Positions 20,462-32,023 of a stretch of 64,000 nucleotides of DNA are shown one piece after another. Source of the stretch: Naegleria gruberi (Eukaryota); assembly GCA_000004985.1 (NCBI GenBank), contig GG738845.1. One strand, given 5' to 3'. The translations under genes were made by a program, and so were the position numbers. Position 1 is the stretch's first letter; every line of letters starts with the position of its first letter. A model generated the notes under the pieces. It was not told where the DNA came from. It saw nothing but the letters and a program-made list of their open reading frames with translations, and ran no database searches.

Positions 20462-22018
20462 ATGGATTCACCTGGACGAGCAAATCACAGCACATCAAAC
20501 AATTCAAAAACAACATCATTAAATAACAACAACGGAGGGCCTTTACGAATAAGCGTTCAAAACCAAGGATCTTCAAACAATTTTTCTTCTCCTGTTAGTC
20601 CATCATCGGGAAACCTTGGATCACCTTATAAAATGCAGAAAAAGTTTGATTCATATGAAACAGCCCTTAACAGCAAATTGAGACTGGAAACTCCACCAAC
20701 CGAAGAGGATTTAAAGTCAGAAATACCCAGTCAAAAAAAGTATGATCAAATATTACAAAATGTTGAGAATGTTGTAAAACAACAAACATCGTTTATGAAT
20801 TCGGATTCAATCACTGGCAATGTTGCTACATCAAGGCCAGAAACTAAGTTGAAACAAAAAAAGAAAAAGAAAGGAAGTGCTCTGTATAATCCAACAGGGG
20901 CTAGTGAAACCAGTTATATGGAATTGTATAATAATTTAAGAGAAAAATATCAGACGCTACTTGCTGAAAATCTAAGACAACAAGAAGTATTCAAATTGAG
21001 GCACGATACATTTTTGAAACGAGAGCAACAATCTAAGGAAATAGAAACTGAGCTACATGAGAAAATGAGAGAATCCATGATTGCTAGGGGAGCTGCTGGG
21101 GATCATATGCAACATTTAGTATTAATGAAAGAAAAAATTCAAGAAGGAGTAACTCTAATGAGATTGGAAACTCAAAGACTTTTGGATGGAAAAGAAAAAG
21201 AATTTGGAAGAAAAATAGAGGAAATGATTAGGAGATTCGACAGAGATCTTGCTGATGAAAAGAAAATTAATACGTCAGGAGAACGAGAGTGGAGGGAAAA
21301 GAGTAAATCTTTGAAGAAAGAGTTGGATAATTCAACTGCTCAAGTCATTAAGGTTGACCAACTCAATCATGAGCTGATGAAGGAAAACCAAAAATTAAAA
21401 ATTCAATTTGCAGCCCAAGAAGATGACAGAAACTATCTAGCAAAACATATTGCAAAAACTAAAAGAGACAATGAAAAGCTAAAAGAGGAAACCAAAAGAC
21501 TTCAGGAAGAACTTCAAAGATGCAATAATATAATTAAGGAAATGCAACTTTTAAAACCAATGAGCCCTACAACTCCATCTTTTGCAAATAACAAATCTTC
21601 AATAACCAGTCCTAGAGATAGGGACTCTTCTTCAATCTACACAGTGAATCACTTATCAATTTTGGAACCAGAAGAAAAGGAAAGAAGATTTTTAGAGGCA
21701 AATAACAAACTAAAGAAACTTCTTGATCAAGAAAGGAGAAACATTAGGCAAATTAGAGCTCAAAATATAAGAATATTAGAGGAAAGAACAGAATTAGAAA
21801 TATTCTTAAAGAGTTGTATTGAAGATGTAAAAGAAGAAGTGCGAAGAATGAAGGGAGAAAAGGGAGATAATGAATTCCATAAAAGGGATAGAATGAGAGT
21901 GATAGAGTTACTTCTTTCAAAAGAAAGAGTCATCAAAATACTGTATGAAAGAATGTTTGACAAACCACCAGAAAAAGATTTTGATGTAGAAAGTCAACAC
22001 CAACAGTTTACAGAATAA
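20462..22018 (+). CDS. coiled-coil protein (hypothetical)
   Basis: 518-aa ATG ORF. Long heptad-like E/K/L/Q-rich stretches and a KKKKKG basic patch. The stop is embedded in AATAAA. Confidence 0.55.
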   Translation: MDSPGRANHSTSNNSKTTSLNNNNGGPLRISVQNQGSSNNFSSPVSPSSGNLGSPYKMQKKFDSYETALNSKLRLETPPTEEDLKSEIPSQKKYDQILQNVENVVKQQTSFMNSDSITGNVATSRPETKLKQKKKKKGSALYNPTGASETSYMELYNNLREKYQTLLAENLRQQEVFKLRHDTFLKREQQSKEIETELHEKMRESMIARGAAGDHMQHLVLMKEKIQEGVTLMRLETQRLLDGKEKEFGRKIEEMIRRFDRDLADEKKINTSGEREWREKSKSLKKELDNSTAQVIKVDQLNHELMKENQKLKIQFAAQEDDRNYLAKHIAKTKRDNEKLKEETKRLQEELQRCNNIIKEMQLLKPMSPTTPSFANNKSSITSPRDRDSSSIYTVNHLSILEPEEKERRFLEANNKLKKLLDQERRNIRQIRAQNIRILEERTELEIFLKSCIEDVKEEVRRMKGEKGDNEFHKRDRMRVIELLLSKERVIKILYERMFDKPPEKDFDVESQHQQFTE

Positions 22019-22066
22019 ATTGGAAATATTTATTTTAGGACAACATTTGAAATATATTATTCTATA

Positions 22067-23630
22067 TTATGATATTTCCAAAATTCTAGAAATAAACGCA
22101 CACCATTCATTTCTTTCATTTTCATTCTTAGCAGTAACATTGATTGACTTTTTCCTCTCCTTTCCAATCTCACATACAATCTCAAAAATGGAAGTGTTTT
22201 TAGAACTAATCTTGAGAGTGGCACAAGCTAGACTGAAACACGAAATCATACTCTTTTCGCCTTCATCGGTAAATATACAAATTCCAGAGTTTGAAATTTT
22301 AACCCATTTATCCTTATTATCAAAGTAACTAGTGGTTATCCTTAACCATCCCTTTTTGGTAACATGAGCTCGCTTCTTTCCACCTGTTGCGAAAAAATCA
22401 TCCAAACCCAGCTCGTTAATAATTTTCTTTTGCAAGATTGCATAGCTCATTTCCATAGATGAGGAATCATTTTCAGAATTATTCAAAGAGGTTTGAGAAA
22501 CAAGACCTGTCATACCACTCAAAACTGAAGACAACTCGTCAAAACAATTGGATATCGATGCCGAATCTTTAAGAAATTGAGTCCTAAAGTTTCTCAACTC
22601 TCTATTGCATTCTGTGGCGTCGTTGTGTGCCTTTTTAATCTTGCTGGGTGGTTGTTTTTTCTCAAGCATTTCTTTTAACTTCTTTTCGTTTTCCTGTAAT
22701 TCATCCATATTTTGTTTCAACTTTTAAAGTAAATTGAAATTCAAACACTGTGAAAATACAAACCTCGTTAATTCTAACTCTGGCTTGTACATGAGCCATA
22801 TCTCGTTCTGCTTGATATTTTTCCATCTTTTGTTGTAAATCATTGATTTGTTTCTTTAAAAATTCGACTTCTGTTTTCTCACTTTTTTCTGAATTTTTTC
22901 TCAAAAGATCTGCTTTCTTCTCCTCGTTCCTTTCCTTTTCTTCAAAACTCTGTATAATGGTTTTAAGTTTTGAAATTTCATCTTTCATATCCTCTATTTT
23001 ATATTTGTACTCAATTGACTGTTCTTTGATTTGGGAAAATTTCTCCAATAAGCATTCTTTTTCGTGTGCTTCTTGTTGAAGTCTTTACAGAGTTAGAATA
23101 TTTTTAATCAGTAGGAACTTACTTTTCGATTTCTTGTCCCAATTCTTTACAAGTATACTGTAACTTGTTTCTTTCCTTTCGAGAATCATCAATTATCTTA
23201 TCCAAGTCAATAAATGATAAAATAATAAACTCCATACCTCCTCCAAGTTTTCAATTCTATGTTTCAGTGCATCATTATCCTCCTCTAAATATCCTTTTGC
23301 TTTTTGATATTCATCCTTCTCCGTCCTCTCCAATGCTAACTGATTTTCCAAGTACCTCACTCTTTTCAATAGTTTTTGTCCAAATTCCACTGCTTTTATC
23401 ATTTCCTGTTCTCTCTGGGCATATAATTGTGCCAATGGAATATCACAATATTCATCCTCATTTGTATTACTATCAGATGTTTTTTCCGTCATTGATGAAT
23501 TAATTTCTACTACATTTTCCTGATTTTCTTCAAAGTATTCATCATCCTCAAGATGTCCATTTTCCCTTAGACTACCAATATTTCCAGAAGAGCCAAAACC
23601 CTTCTCTACAAGATTCAAACTTGGTATCAT
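22067..23630 (-). CDS. multi-exon coiled-coil protein with C-terminal PH-like domain
   Basis: Three minus-strand ORF pieces (23193..23630, 22701..23048, 22067..22720) are connected by short GT..AG introns, for example GTTTGT...AAAAG near 22721-22775. The C-terminal piece has a PH-like pattern (KKGWLRITTSYF ... ERNEWCAFISRI). The internal exon arrangement between 23050 and 23240 could not be resolved uniquely. Confidence 0.5.
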
Positions 23631-23891
23631 GATGATGATGATAATATTATATTGTCGAGTAGAGTGGTGTTGTTGGATACGGTCAAATTAAGGCAATTTT
23701 TCGCAGTAGATTCTTGAAAACTCCTGTGTTATATTTGATTGAAAGGGTGATTGTTCAATCTCTATCATGATACCTATTGAAGTTAGTTTTTATTGACAAA
23801 CAAAAACAAATAAAAAGAAATCTCTCTTTGCATCAATGAAGAGAGGGTTTAAAGTTGATTACTTTCCACTAATAAAAACTTGGTGGCAAAG

Positions 23892-23903
23892 TTTGGCGCC
23901 AAA
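23892..23903. promoter_or_regulatory. palindromic E2F-type site TTTGGCGCCAAA, about 30 bp upstream of the CDC27 start codon, in a divergent promoter
   Basis: Exact copy of the same 12-mer. Located between the divergently transcribed coiled-coil/PH gene and CDC27. Confidence 0.45.
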
Positions 23904-23931
23904 ATTTTATTGATTTTTAAAATTAAAAAAA

Positions 23932-26367
23932 ATGGAAACATTCATCAGGCATTTTGTTCATCAATCCTTGTCCTTCCATCTTCATGAAAATGCAATTTTT
24001 CTATGTGAAAGATTGTTTGCGGAAAGCCCATCAATCCCTCACCTGTTATTGATGGCCCAAACATATTTTGAGTCGGGACAATATAGTGTTGCTTATCACT
24101 TGCTAAAATTTCATTCTTCAAAATGGGATGTTCCCTTTAGAACCAACACTTTATCATCGGATCCAGAATTGTCAAAAAGTTTCTTTGATTTTATGGATCC
24201 ACAAGAAAGTATCTTTTATTTATTTTCTTTATGTTGTATTAAATTGGAACACTACAGTGATGCTGAAAGATATTTGAGGAAATGTCACGAACATAATGAA
24301 AATAACGCTATTATTAATTATTGGCTTGGAATAGTCTACAAGTTGACTTGTAGAAAAGAGTTGGCAATTTATCACTTCCATAGAAGTGTCACTCTTTGTC
24401 CAATGTTATGGACTGCCTACGAACAACTAACCCAACTAGGATATGACAAAGTAGAATCGGATGGATTGTTTGATTCCAACAAGGCCACTTCACTTTTTGA
24501 AAGATTTTCTCAAATGTATTCTAATTTAACTGGAAACCAACCAAATAGTCTTACCAATATTCCTTTGATGCCCAATTTTAATTTTACTCCAATGCAAAAC
24601 ACAGGCACTGAATTTAATTCTAATCCACTTATTGATCGTGACACAATTATGGATCAGCCATTTATTCAACTTTCAAATGATCATGCAGGAATTTCATCTA
24701 CCCCAAGCAAATCAAAGTAAGTTTCGAATTTTATTTAATTGTAAGAATATTATGATTTTAGATCAGGAAATGACTTGATAAGCTCCAATATAATCAATAC
24801 ATCCACTGCTAAAACACCAAACATCTCATCAACTAAAAGCAAAACTAGAACTAGTATAGGAAGTGCTTCAAGAAGTAGTTTAGGAAATGATCTACTCAAT
24901 AGCACTTCAACACAACAAACTCCAAATTCATTCTTCTATAGAACTCCTTCTCCTCAACAGTCTCCTTCCTCAATTATTAATCACCCACCAGTGTTAGCTC
25001 AAAAACCAAAACCTCCAAGAAAGAGCCAAACCATCACTGGAGTCACAACAAAGAAAATATCATTCGACTCTGCCGATAAAAAGCTAGGAAGATCAAGTAT
25101 TACAAGCTCGAGTAGCGAGTCAGAAGAATCTCCATTCCTTCTCTATCCAACCCAAACATCTCATTCCTTCTCTAAAAATTACAGAGCATCTCCACAAAGA
25201 CCATACCAAAGAGATTCTCTGCCTAATCAACCAGAATTAATTTTGAGTGCAACAACACCTCTTCCATCAATTCCTTTGGATCCAAGTTCTGTATCATTCC
25301 CTTCCTTCAGCACATGGCAGTCAACATTTTCATTTAATTATAAGAAAGTTACTGTAAATGATGTAAGGGCAATACTCTCCCTCCTTTATGCACATGCCAT
25401 ACCATACAAATTCTTTTCCCAATACAAAGGAAAGGAAGCCATAGAGGCTTTCGAAAGACTTCCTCCAAAACATTATCAAAGTGGGTGGACGTTACAACAT
25501 GTGGGAAGATCTCATTTCGAGATGGCTCAATATGAAGATGCAGAAACTGCATTCGAAAAGATACAAATGAATGAGCCATACAGATTGGAAGGATTGGAAA
25601 TATACAGCACCATATTGTGGCACTTGAAAAAAGATAAGAAGCTCAGTTATCTTGCTCAACATATGAGTGAAATTGATAAAATGGCACCACAAACATTGTG
25701 TGCCATCGGTAACTGTTTCAGTCAACAAAAGGACCATGAGACAGCCTTAAAATTCTTCGAACGAGCTACAAAAGTTAATAATCTTTTCACCTATGCCTAT
25801 ACATTAGCTGGCCATGAAAGAGCTGCAAATGATGATTTGGATGGTGCATTACAATGCTATAGACATGCAATTAGAATAGATGACAGACATTATAATGCAT
25901 GGTATGGTATTGGCACAGTTTACTTTAGACAGGAAAAGTATCAATTGGCTATGTATCATTTCTCCAAAGCCATCAGTATTAATTCTAAGAGTTCAGTACT
26001 CTATTGTTATGCGGGTATGGCAGAAGCTGCCTGTAATCACTTTGAGTCAGCAATTAAAATGTTCACTTGTGCCATCAAGATTCATCCACAAAACCCAATG
26101 CCCAAATTTAAGAAAGCTAATGCCCTCATATCACTCCAAAAGTATAACGAAGCACTGGAAGAATTGAAAGAACTGAAGCATATGGTTCCAAAAGAATCTC
26201 AAATTTACTTTACATGTGGTAAAATTTATGCCTCCAGAAAGCAGAAAGACCTGGCTTTGTATGAGTTTAATATTGCTCTCGATTTAGATGGCTCTAAAGA
26301 AAATCCTCTCATTAAAGAAGCTATTGCAAAGCTCTATGAGATGGATGATGAAAAACTTGAAGAATAA
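23932..26367 (+). CDS. CDC27: anaphase-promoting complex subunit CDC27/APC3 (TPR protein), 2 exons
   Basis: join(23932..24716,24762..26367), 797 codons. Intron GTAAGT...TTTTAG of 45 nt. The C-terminal TPR block (AWYGIGTVYFRQEKYQLAMYHFSKAI ... ALYEFNIALDLD) is typical of CDC27. Confidence 0.8.
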
Positions 26368-26390
26368 AGACTTTTTATATCATTGTCAAA

Positions 26391-29300
26391 CTAATGCACT
26401 TCTTCTGCTGTTTCATCTGAAAATCCTAGTAATTTTTCTGCAAACTCAACTGAGGTAAATCGCTCTTCCAAAGAAGCAACCGTCACAGTGTCTTTGAGTA
26501 ATTTACAGAGGCAATCATTGAGTTCATTTTCACTCATTCTTTCGCCCATCGTTTTAAGTTTTTGGAACAAATCAGTTTTGTTGATGAAACCAGTGATTGG
26601 TTCACTGCCTAGCTTGATAAATGCTTCCTCAATATCCTTTCTCTGAATTCCAAATACTGGTCTGTGATTTACATAAATTTTCACAAATGCATTGAAATCG
26701 ATGAAAATTTCGGGTTCCTTCTTTGATTTTTTCTCAAGGTTGGAAGAACTGTTCTCAGCTGGGTCCCCAACACCCTTAATGACTCTCAATTCATAAATCA
26801 TATTTTGAATTTCCCATTGGGTTGCATAAAATCCTAAAGAACGAACTAGATCTGGCATTTGATTAATTGGTACACTGCCTGTGATTTTTCTTTCACTGGT
26901 AGTAATCTCGCCTTGACTTCTAATCTGGGCATAGTAGAAATATTGTTGAACCTCTTGGAAAAATTCACCTTCTTCTCCTCCTTCAATCAAACTCACATAT
27001 GGTGCAATACCCTCATCAACTTGCCTGTTTCTATCGAGTGGCGTACCAATAATCTTCCATTGGTTGACCATACAATCCGATCCTCCAGCAGTGAACAAGT
27101 ATTTACCATCTGGAGACACAACTGAGGCTGTGATTTCTCCAGCATGAGCAACCAACCCCATATGATGCTTTGGATTGCCATCTAAAGGTAATGCAATTAA
27201 TCCAATTACTTTTTCATGTGTAGAGTAGCACATGTATTTTGGTGGTCGAAGTTCTGGCAACAAGGAAGAGGATTCCTTAACATAATTTGGAACTATCATT
27301 AGTCTATTGAGAGGTCCTCCATATGTTGGGCTGAGAATTGTTCTATTACACCTGGTGTCTCTGTGGCCATAAGGTGTTATGAAGGAAGTTATCTTGTATT
27401 GGTCATTGGCAAATAGAATACCATCGAAATACTTCTTCTCATTTGGATAAGTTTCAATTACGTTTTCATCTCTTGACCATAAAAATGCTGTTGGAACTGC
27501 ATCTTGACTGATTCTGTGGATTGTTTTGACTTTAATGCCTCCTTGAATTGAGCTGCTTTCTAAATCGTACTCAATCAGTCTTCTGTCTTCTGACACCGAC
27601 ATTAATCTAGGAATGTCACCATATGGTTCAATTCCAAACTCCAATCCTGTAATTGCTCTCTTATGAGATTTATATCTACCCAAATACATCCATTCATCCT
27701 TTCCCATACCTTTCTTTTGTGGATTTGGCATGAACTTGAAAATACCAACACAGCTGATTGTTTGATTATCAAAGAATATTGTTAGATAAATGACTTACTA
27801 ATCAGTATCATAAAATGCTAAAAACAAGGAATCGTGAGAAAATTTTAGGGATTGGATACATGCTTTGGATGGTCTATAACCAAAATGAACTATTTCAGTA
27901 AAAAGTACTGCATCGAAAAATTTTACATAACCATTCGAACATCCAACAGCCAAATATTCACCTCTATTGTCAAATGCCAAACTTGAAATATATAATCCTT
28001 TTAGAACCAGAACTTTAAGAACCTCCTTCAGTTGATAATCCCAAATGTGTACATAGCCTGAAAGGCCAGATATTGCAATGTATGGTTTTGTTGGATGCAC
28101 AGCTAATGTTTGAATTGATTCATTTTGACTAGTAACAATAATTCGACCCTTCATACCATCAACATCATAATCGTGAAAGGAAGATGATTTAGCCTTTGCA
28201 ATAAAACCAGACTTGGTTTGAATCATAAAGTCTGGACTGTAGAAATCCCTCTTGATAGGACCATCCGTTGATTCAATAGTGCTCTTTTCCTTTGTTGCTT
28301 TATCAAACGAAATGGAAATGATAGATCCAAGATTAAAGTCCTCAAACCATGCCTCTAATCGCAGTTTGTGATCTAAAAATTTAACAAATCCATCACTGCC
28401 TCCACTTACAATGAAAGGTCCAGAACATGTAATGTAGTTAACACTGTACCCTGTATGAATTCTATCGATCCTTAATAAGAAAATGTTATTAATTACTTAC
28501 TTGACCACTTTCATTGCTTCCTTTTCAATTTCCTTTGCTTCTCTGTCTGGGAAAATCTTCCTCTCCCAAAGAACAATTTCACCATCAGAAGTTCCTGAGG
28601 CTGCCATAGTTGTATTATCTACAAAAGTTGTTTGAATAAATTCACTTGATGCCTGCCTAAAGTCGCTTTTTGCTGTGCTAGGACAAAAATATTCTAAGGA
28701 ATTGTTGTCTTCATGATTTTCCCAAAACACAACAGATTTTGGACCGCTAGTCAAAAAAATTGTTGGATTGGCAAAATGGCAAGTTAGAGAAGTCTGAAGC
28801 TCATTATTAGGGACCAAGGAGGAAACTTTGGCACCTTCTAAATCTTCAGTCCATTCCCAAACTGAAACCTGTTGCTCCCCTTCCTCATTAGGTCTACTAA
28901 CGCTGTAAATTAACATAGAGTCGCAAGAAATGTCCACTGACTCAATTCCAACCGGATGAGGGTCAAAAATTGTTTTGACTGGAATACCCTTATAACTATC
29001 CCAAATGACAATCATATTTTCCTTTCCACTATCTGCAGTTACAATCCATTTCTTGTCCCTACTGACTGCACAGCATGTTATCATGTTTGTCTATTTTTAA
29101 TTGAATAATAATTTTACATTCATTTTCAATCAATTCGTATTCCTTACAAAAACTTACATGACCTTGAAGTAATATTTGTTCCTTTGACTCGTATCTGAAA
29201 ATTATTCCAACATTTCCTGCAACATAAAATACCTCCTTTCTGTAATCGTCACATAAATTGTGCATGCCTCCCAAAATGTCCTTATTCATTCCAAAAATCC

Positions 29301-29769
29301 ATTTCAAATCGAGAGTGGAATCCTCATCTACATTCTCTGATTGATCATAAAAGCTATCCTCTCCTTCATTGTCCTCATTATTTCTTCGAATATCTCGATT
29401 ATCATATTCATCTCCAGCATCTGAATGTTCATCCATCTCAACCTTTGATTCATCATTTTCATTTACTTCGTGTTCCTGAACGTGGTGATGTAGATTTTCT
29501 TCATCATTTTCCTCACCGTCATTTTCTGGATCTTCCTCTTCATGAACCTCCTGATTATCCTCCTCTTCTCCATATTGTTGATTTTCTTCATCATCAGCCT
29601 CTTCTCCTTCTTGGTTCTCATCTTCCTCAATCAAAGGAGTTCCATGATCCCTATTTTCATTCTCATTTTCCTCTGTCATTTCCTCCTCTGCGGAATTGTC
29701 CACCATCAAAGTTTCTTCTGGATCTTCGTTGGCTGAAATATGTGTATCCTCATCTGTTGTTGGTTCCAT
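26391..29769 (-). CDS. WD40-repeat protein with Glu/Asp/Asn-rich N-terminus and EF-hand-like C-terminal region (CFAP251/WDR66-like architecture), 4 exons
   Basis: join(complement 29158..29769, 28501..29090, 27799..28443, 26391..27753), 1070 codons. Donors are GTAAGT, with introns of 67, 57 and 45 nt. Frames are continuous across ORF-track pieces 29059..29823, 28497..29084, 27798..28226 and 26391..27731. Several WD-like repeats are present, and the C-terminus has a paired helix-loop-helix pattern. Confidence 0.7.
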
Positions 29770-29788
29770 TTTTTTTAAATTGTAGTCT

Positions 29789-29800
29789 ACAACCAACTTT
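29789..29800. promoter_or_regulatory. E2F-type site TTTGGCGCCACA, about 25 bp upstream of the WD40/EF-hand gene start codon (minus strand)
   Basis: Same GGCGCC core with TTT flank. One-base deviation from the palindrome. Confidence 0.35.
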
Positions 29801-30232
29801 TGGCGCCACAATCCAAAAAACACCTTACCCGATAAAAATTCTCTCCAATTTTAAAGTAATTATTGTCAGATGAACTCCTTGTCATCATTATAACAAGTTA
29901 CAATTAATGATAAGTTGAGGTTGAATTTAGGAAGGAACATTTAGTAACATCACCATCGATGAAGGTTTCTATTGGAGATTGGTACGTTAGAGAGGAGTTT
30001 CTCAGTCAACGACAAGACAATTTAAAAAAATATCATCAAACCGCTACTACCTCTGCGAGTTTCATAGTGAAAAATCGTCTCAGGATTGGCATTGATTATT
30101 TTCTTCTTCATCATTTAACCCATCCCTCCTCCTTTCGAAATAGTAAATTGGTCGTCATTGAATCGTCGCCTATTATTATATTCCTCTATTCAACTGTAAA
30201 AAATCTAAAATTAAATTAACCACTATTATAAA

Positions 30233-31071
30233 ATGTCTAGCGACAGTGTAAATCCTAATGCCAAGTCGGTTCCTTTCAAACTCGTTTTACTTGGGGAAAG
30301 TTCTGTTGGTACGTTAGTAGTTATTTTTCATAAGTATTTAGTGATCATCATTTGTGGTAAACAGGTAAATCATCCCTCGTTCTCAGATTTGTAAGAGGAC
30401 AATTCTTTGAATATCAAGAAAGTACGATTGGTGCTGCTTTTTTGACTCAAACAGTCCCTTTGGGCGACACTATTGTCAAGTTCGAAATTTGGGATACGTA
30501 GGTTTAAATTACGAATTTTTAATAGTAATAATCCATCTTATTACCATCATGATTATAATACTTGAAATCTGCATCATATATTAATTTTACAACAACAACA
30601 ACTATTCTCGAAACTGAACAATTATTTGGATCAATTAGTGCCGGACAAGAACGTTACAAATCTTTAGCACCAATGTACTATAGAGGAGCTGCTGCAGCAA
30701 TTGTTGTGTACGATATAACTAGTGCTGATTCTTTCCAACGTGCTAAGAATTGGGTTAAAGAACTTCAAAGACAAGGAACAACAAATATTGTGATTGCTCT
30801 TGCTGGTAACAAAGTAGATCTTGAAGATAAACGTCAAGTGGAATCAGCAGAAGCTAAATCTTATGCCGAAGATAATGGATTATTATTTATGGAAACATCT
30901 GCGAAGGCAGCCACTAATGTTAATGAACTCTTTGTAGCCATTGCACGTAAATTACCTTCAAAGGAAACTGATAATAATAATAATGTAAATTCAGATCTTA
31001 CTCCAGCCATCATTCCTAAACCAGGCGACCAACCACCAGAACGAAAACAAAAAGGAGGATGTTGTAATTAA
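30233..31071 (+). CDS. RAB5: Rab5-family small GTPase, 3 exons
   Basis: join(30233..30308,30365..30497,30639..31071). The spliced product reads [56 protein letters not shown]...[30 protein letters not shown]...GNKVDL...[14 protein letters not shown]...GGCCN. All G-boxes are present and the C-terminus is a CCxx prenylation motif. Introns are GTACGT..ACAG (56 nt) and GTAGGT..TTAG (141 nt). Confidence 0.9.
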
Positions 31072-31193
31072 ATCATTAATTGGAATTCGAGAATCTAATA
31101 ATAATATATTTATTGTAAAAACTGTTTGTACAATTAAAATAACAATTTTTTATTTGAATGTTGTTGACATTCTTAATAACTTAATGTGGTAGC

Positions 31194-32023
31194 TTAGAGG
31201 TTTAACTTGGAGAGTTCCATCAAGTAAGGACCAAGAACTGGAACTGGAGGAGGAGAACCTGGGAAAACATAAGGAGTATTAACCAAAATCCAGTGATAGA
31301 AGAAGAAAATAAAGAAGAAAATGTGAATGACACAGAAACCTTCGAGAACATGTTGCATGAATGGTTTGTTAGAAACATAATCTCTACAGAAAACATTTGG
31401 AGTTTCATACCACAATCTACCAATGATAACAATTGGGAAAGTGACATAGAGTGAGTAGGCAACCAAAAATTGGAACTTGTTAACAGCTGTTCATTCATTG
31501 TGTAAATAAAATAATCATATGGGAAAAATCACTTACATTCATAACCTTCACCACCATACATTCCGATACCAATACAGACAACTAAACTATACAATAAAGA
31601 GGTGGCATGAACAATTCCGAGAGTTCTAAATGATCTCCATCCAAAAGTGAAAGCCAATGCCATAGCAGCATTACCAAAAGTCATAAAAACAACATTAATC
31701 CATTCCATGATTTGCCAAAAGTGTGGATTGGTGATCATGACTGGGTCAATTTGTTCACCCCAAATTCTAAAAGCAGTTTTAGTGAATTGTGCAGGTGGCC
31801 AATCCAATGGTCTCTTAATATCCTTATCAATTAAATCTCGGACTGTAACACCAAGAGCAGGAGCCAAAACATTGTGATAATCAAAGAAAGCTGTAGAAGC
31901 AATAAAGGTCAAATAAAAAGCAATGATAATAATATCGAAAGGTCTCTTCCAGACAGACACAGATGGGAAGGACTCGGCTATTTGTGAAGAAGTAACTTTT
32001 GTGGTTGGTTTGCTTGCAGTCAT
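31194..32023 (-). CDS. polytopic membrane protein of the EXPERA / sigma-2 receptor (TMEM97)-like family, 2 exons
   Basis: join(complement 31537..32023, 31194..31486), with a 50-nt GTAAGT..AACAG intron. Four predicted TM segments. Local resemblance to the TMEM97/EBP family (FYLTFIASTAFFDYHNVLAP; WINVVFMTFGNAAMALAF). The family call is tentative. Confidence 0.5.

Noticed and set aside
29445-29873. His/Pro-rich 142-aa ORF on the plus strand
   Set aside because: It is the mirror image of the E/D/N-rich low-complexity N-terminus of the minus-strand WD40 gene, so it is a complementary-strand artefact.
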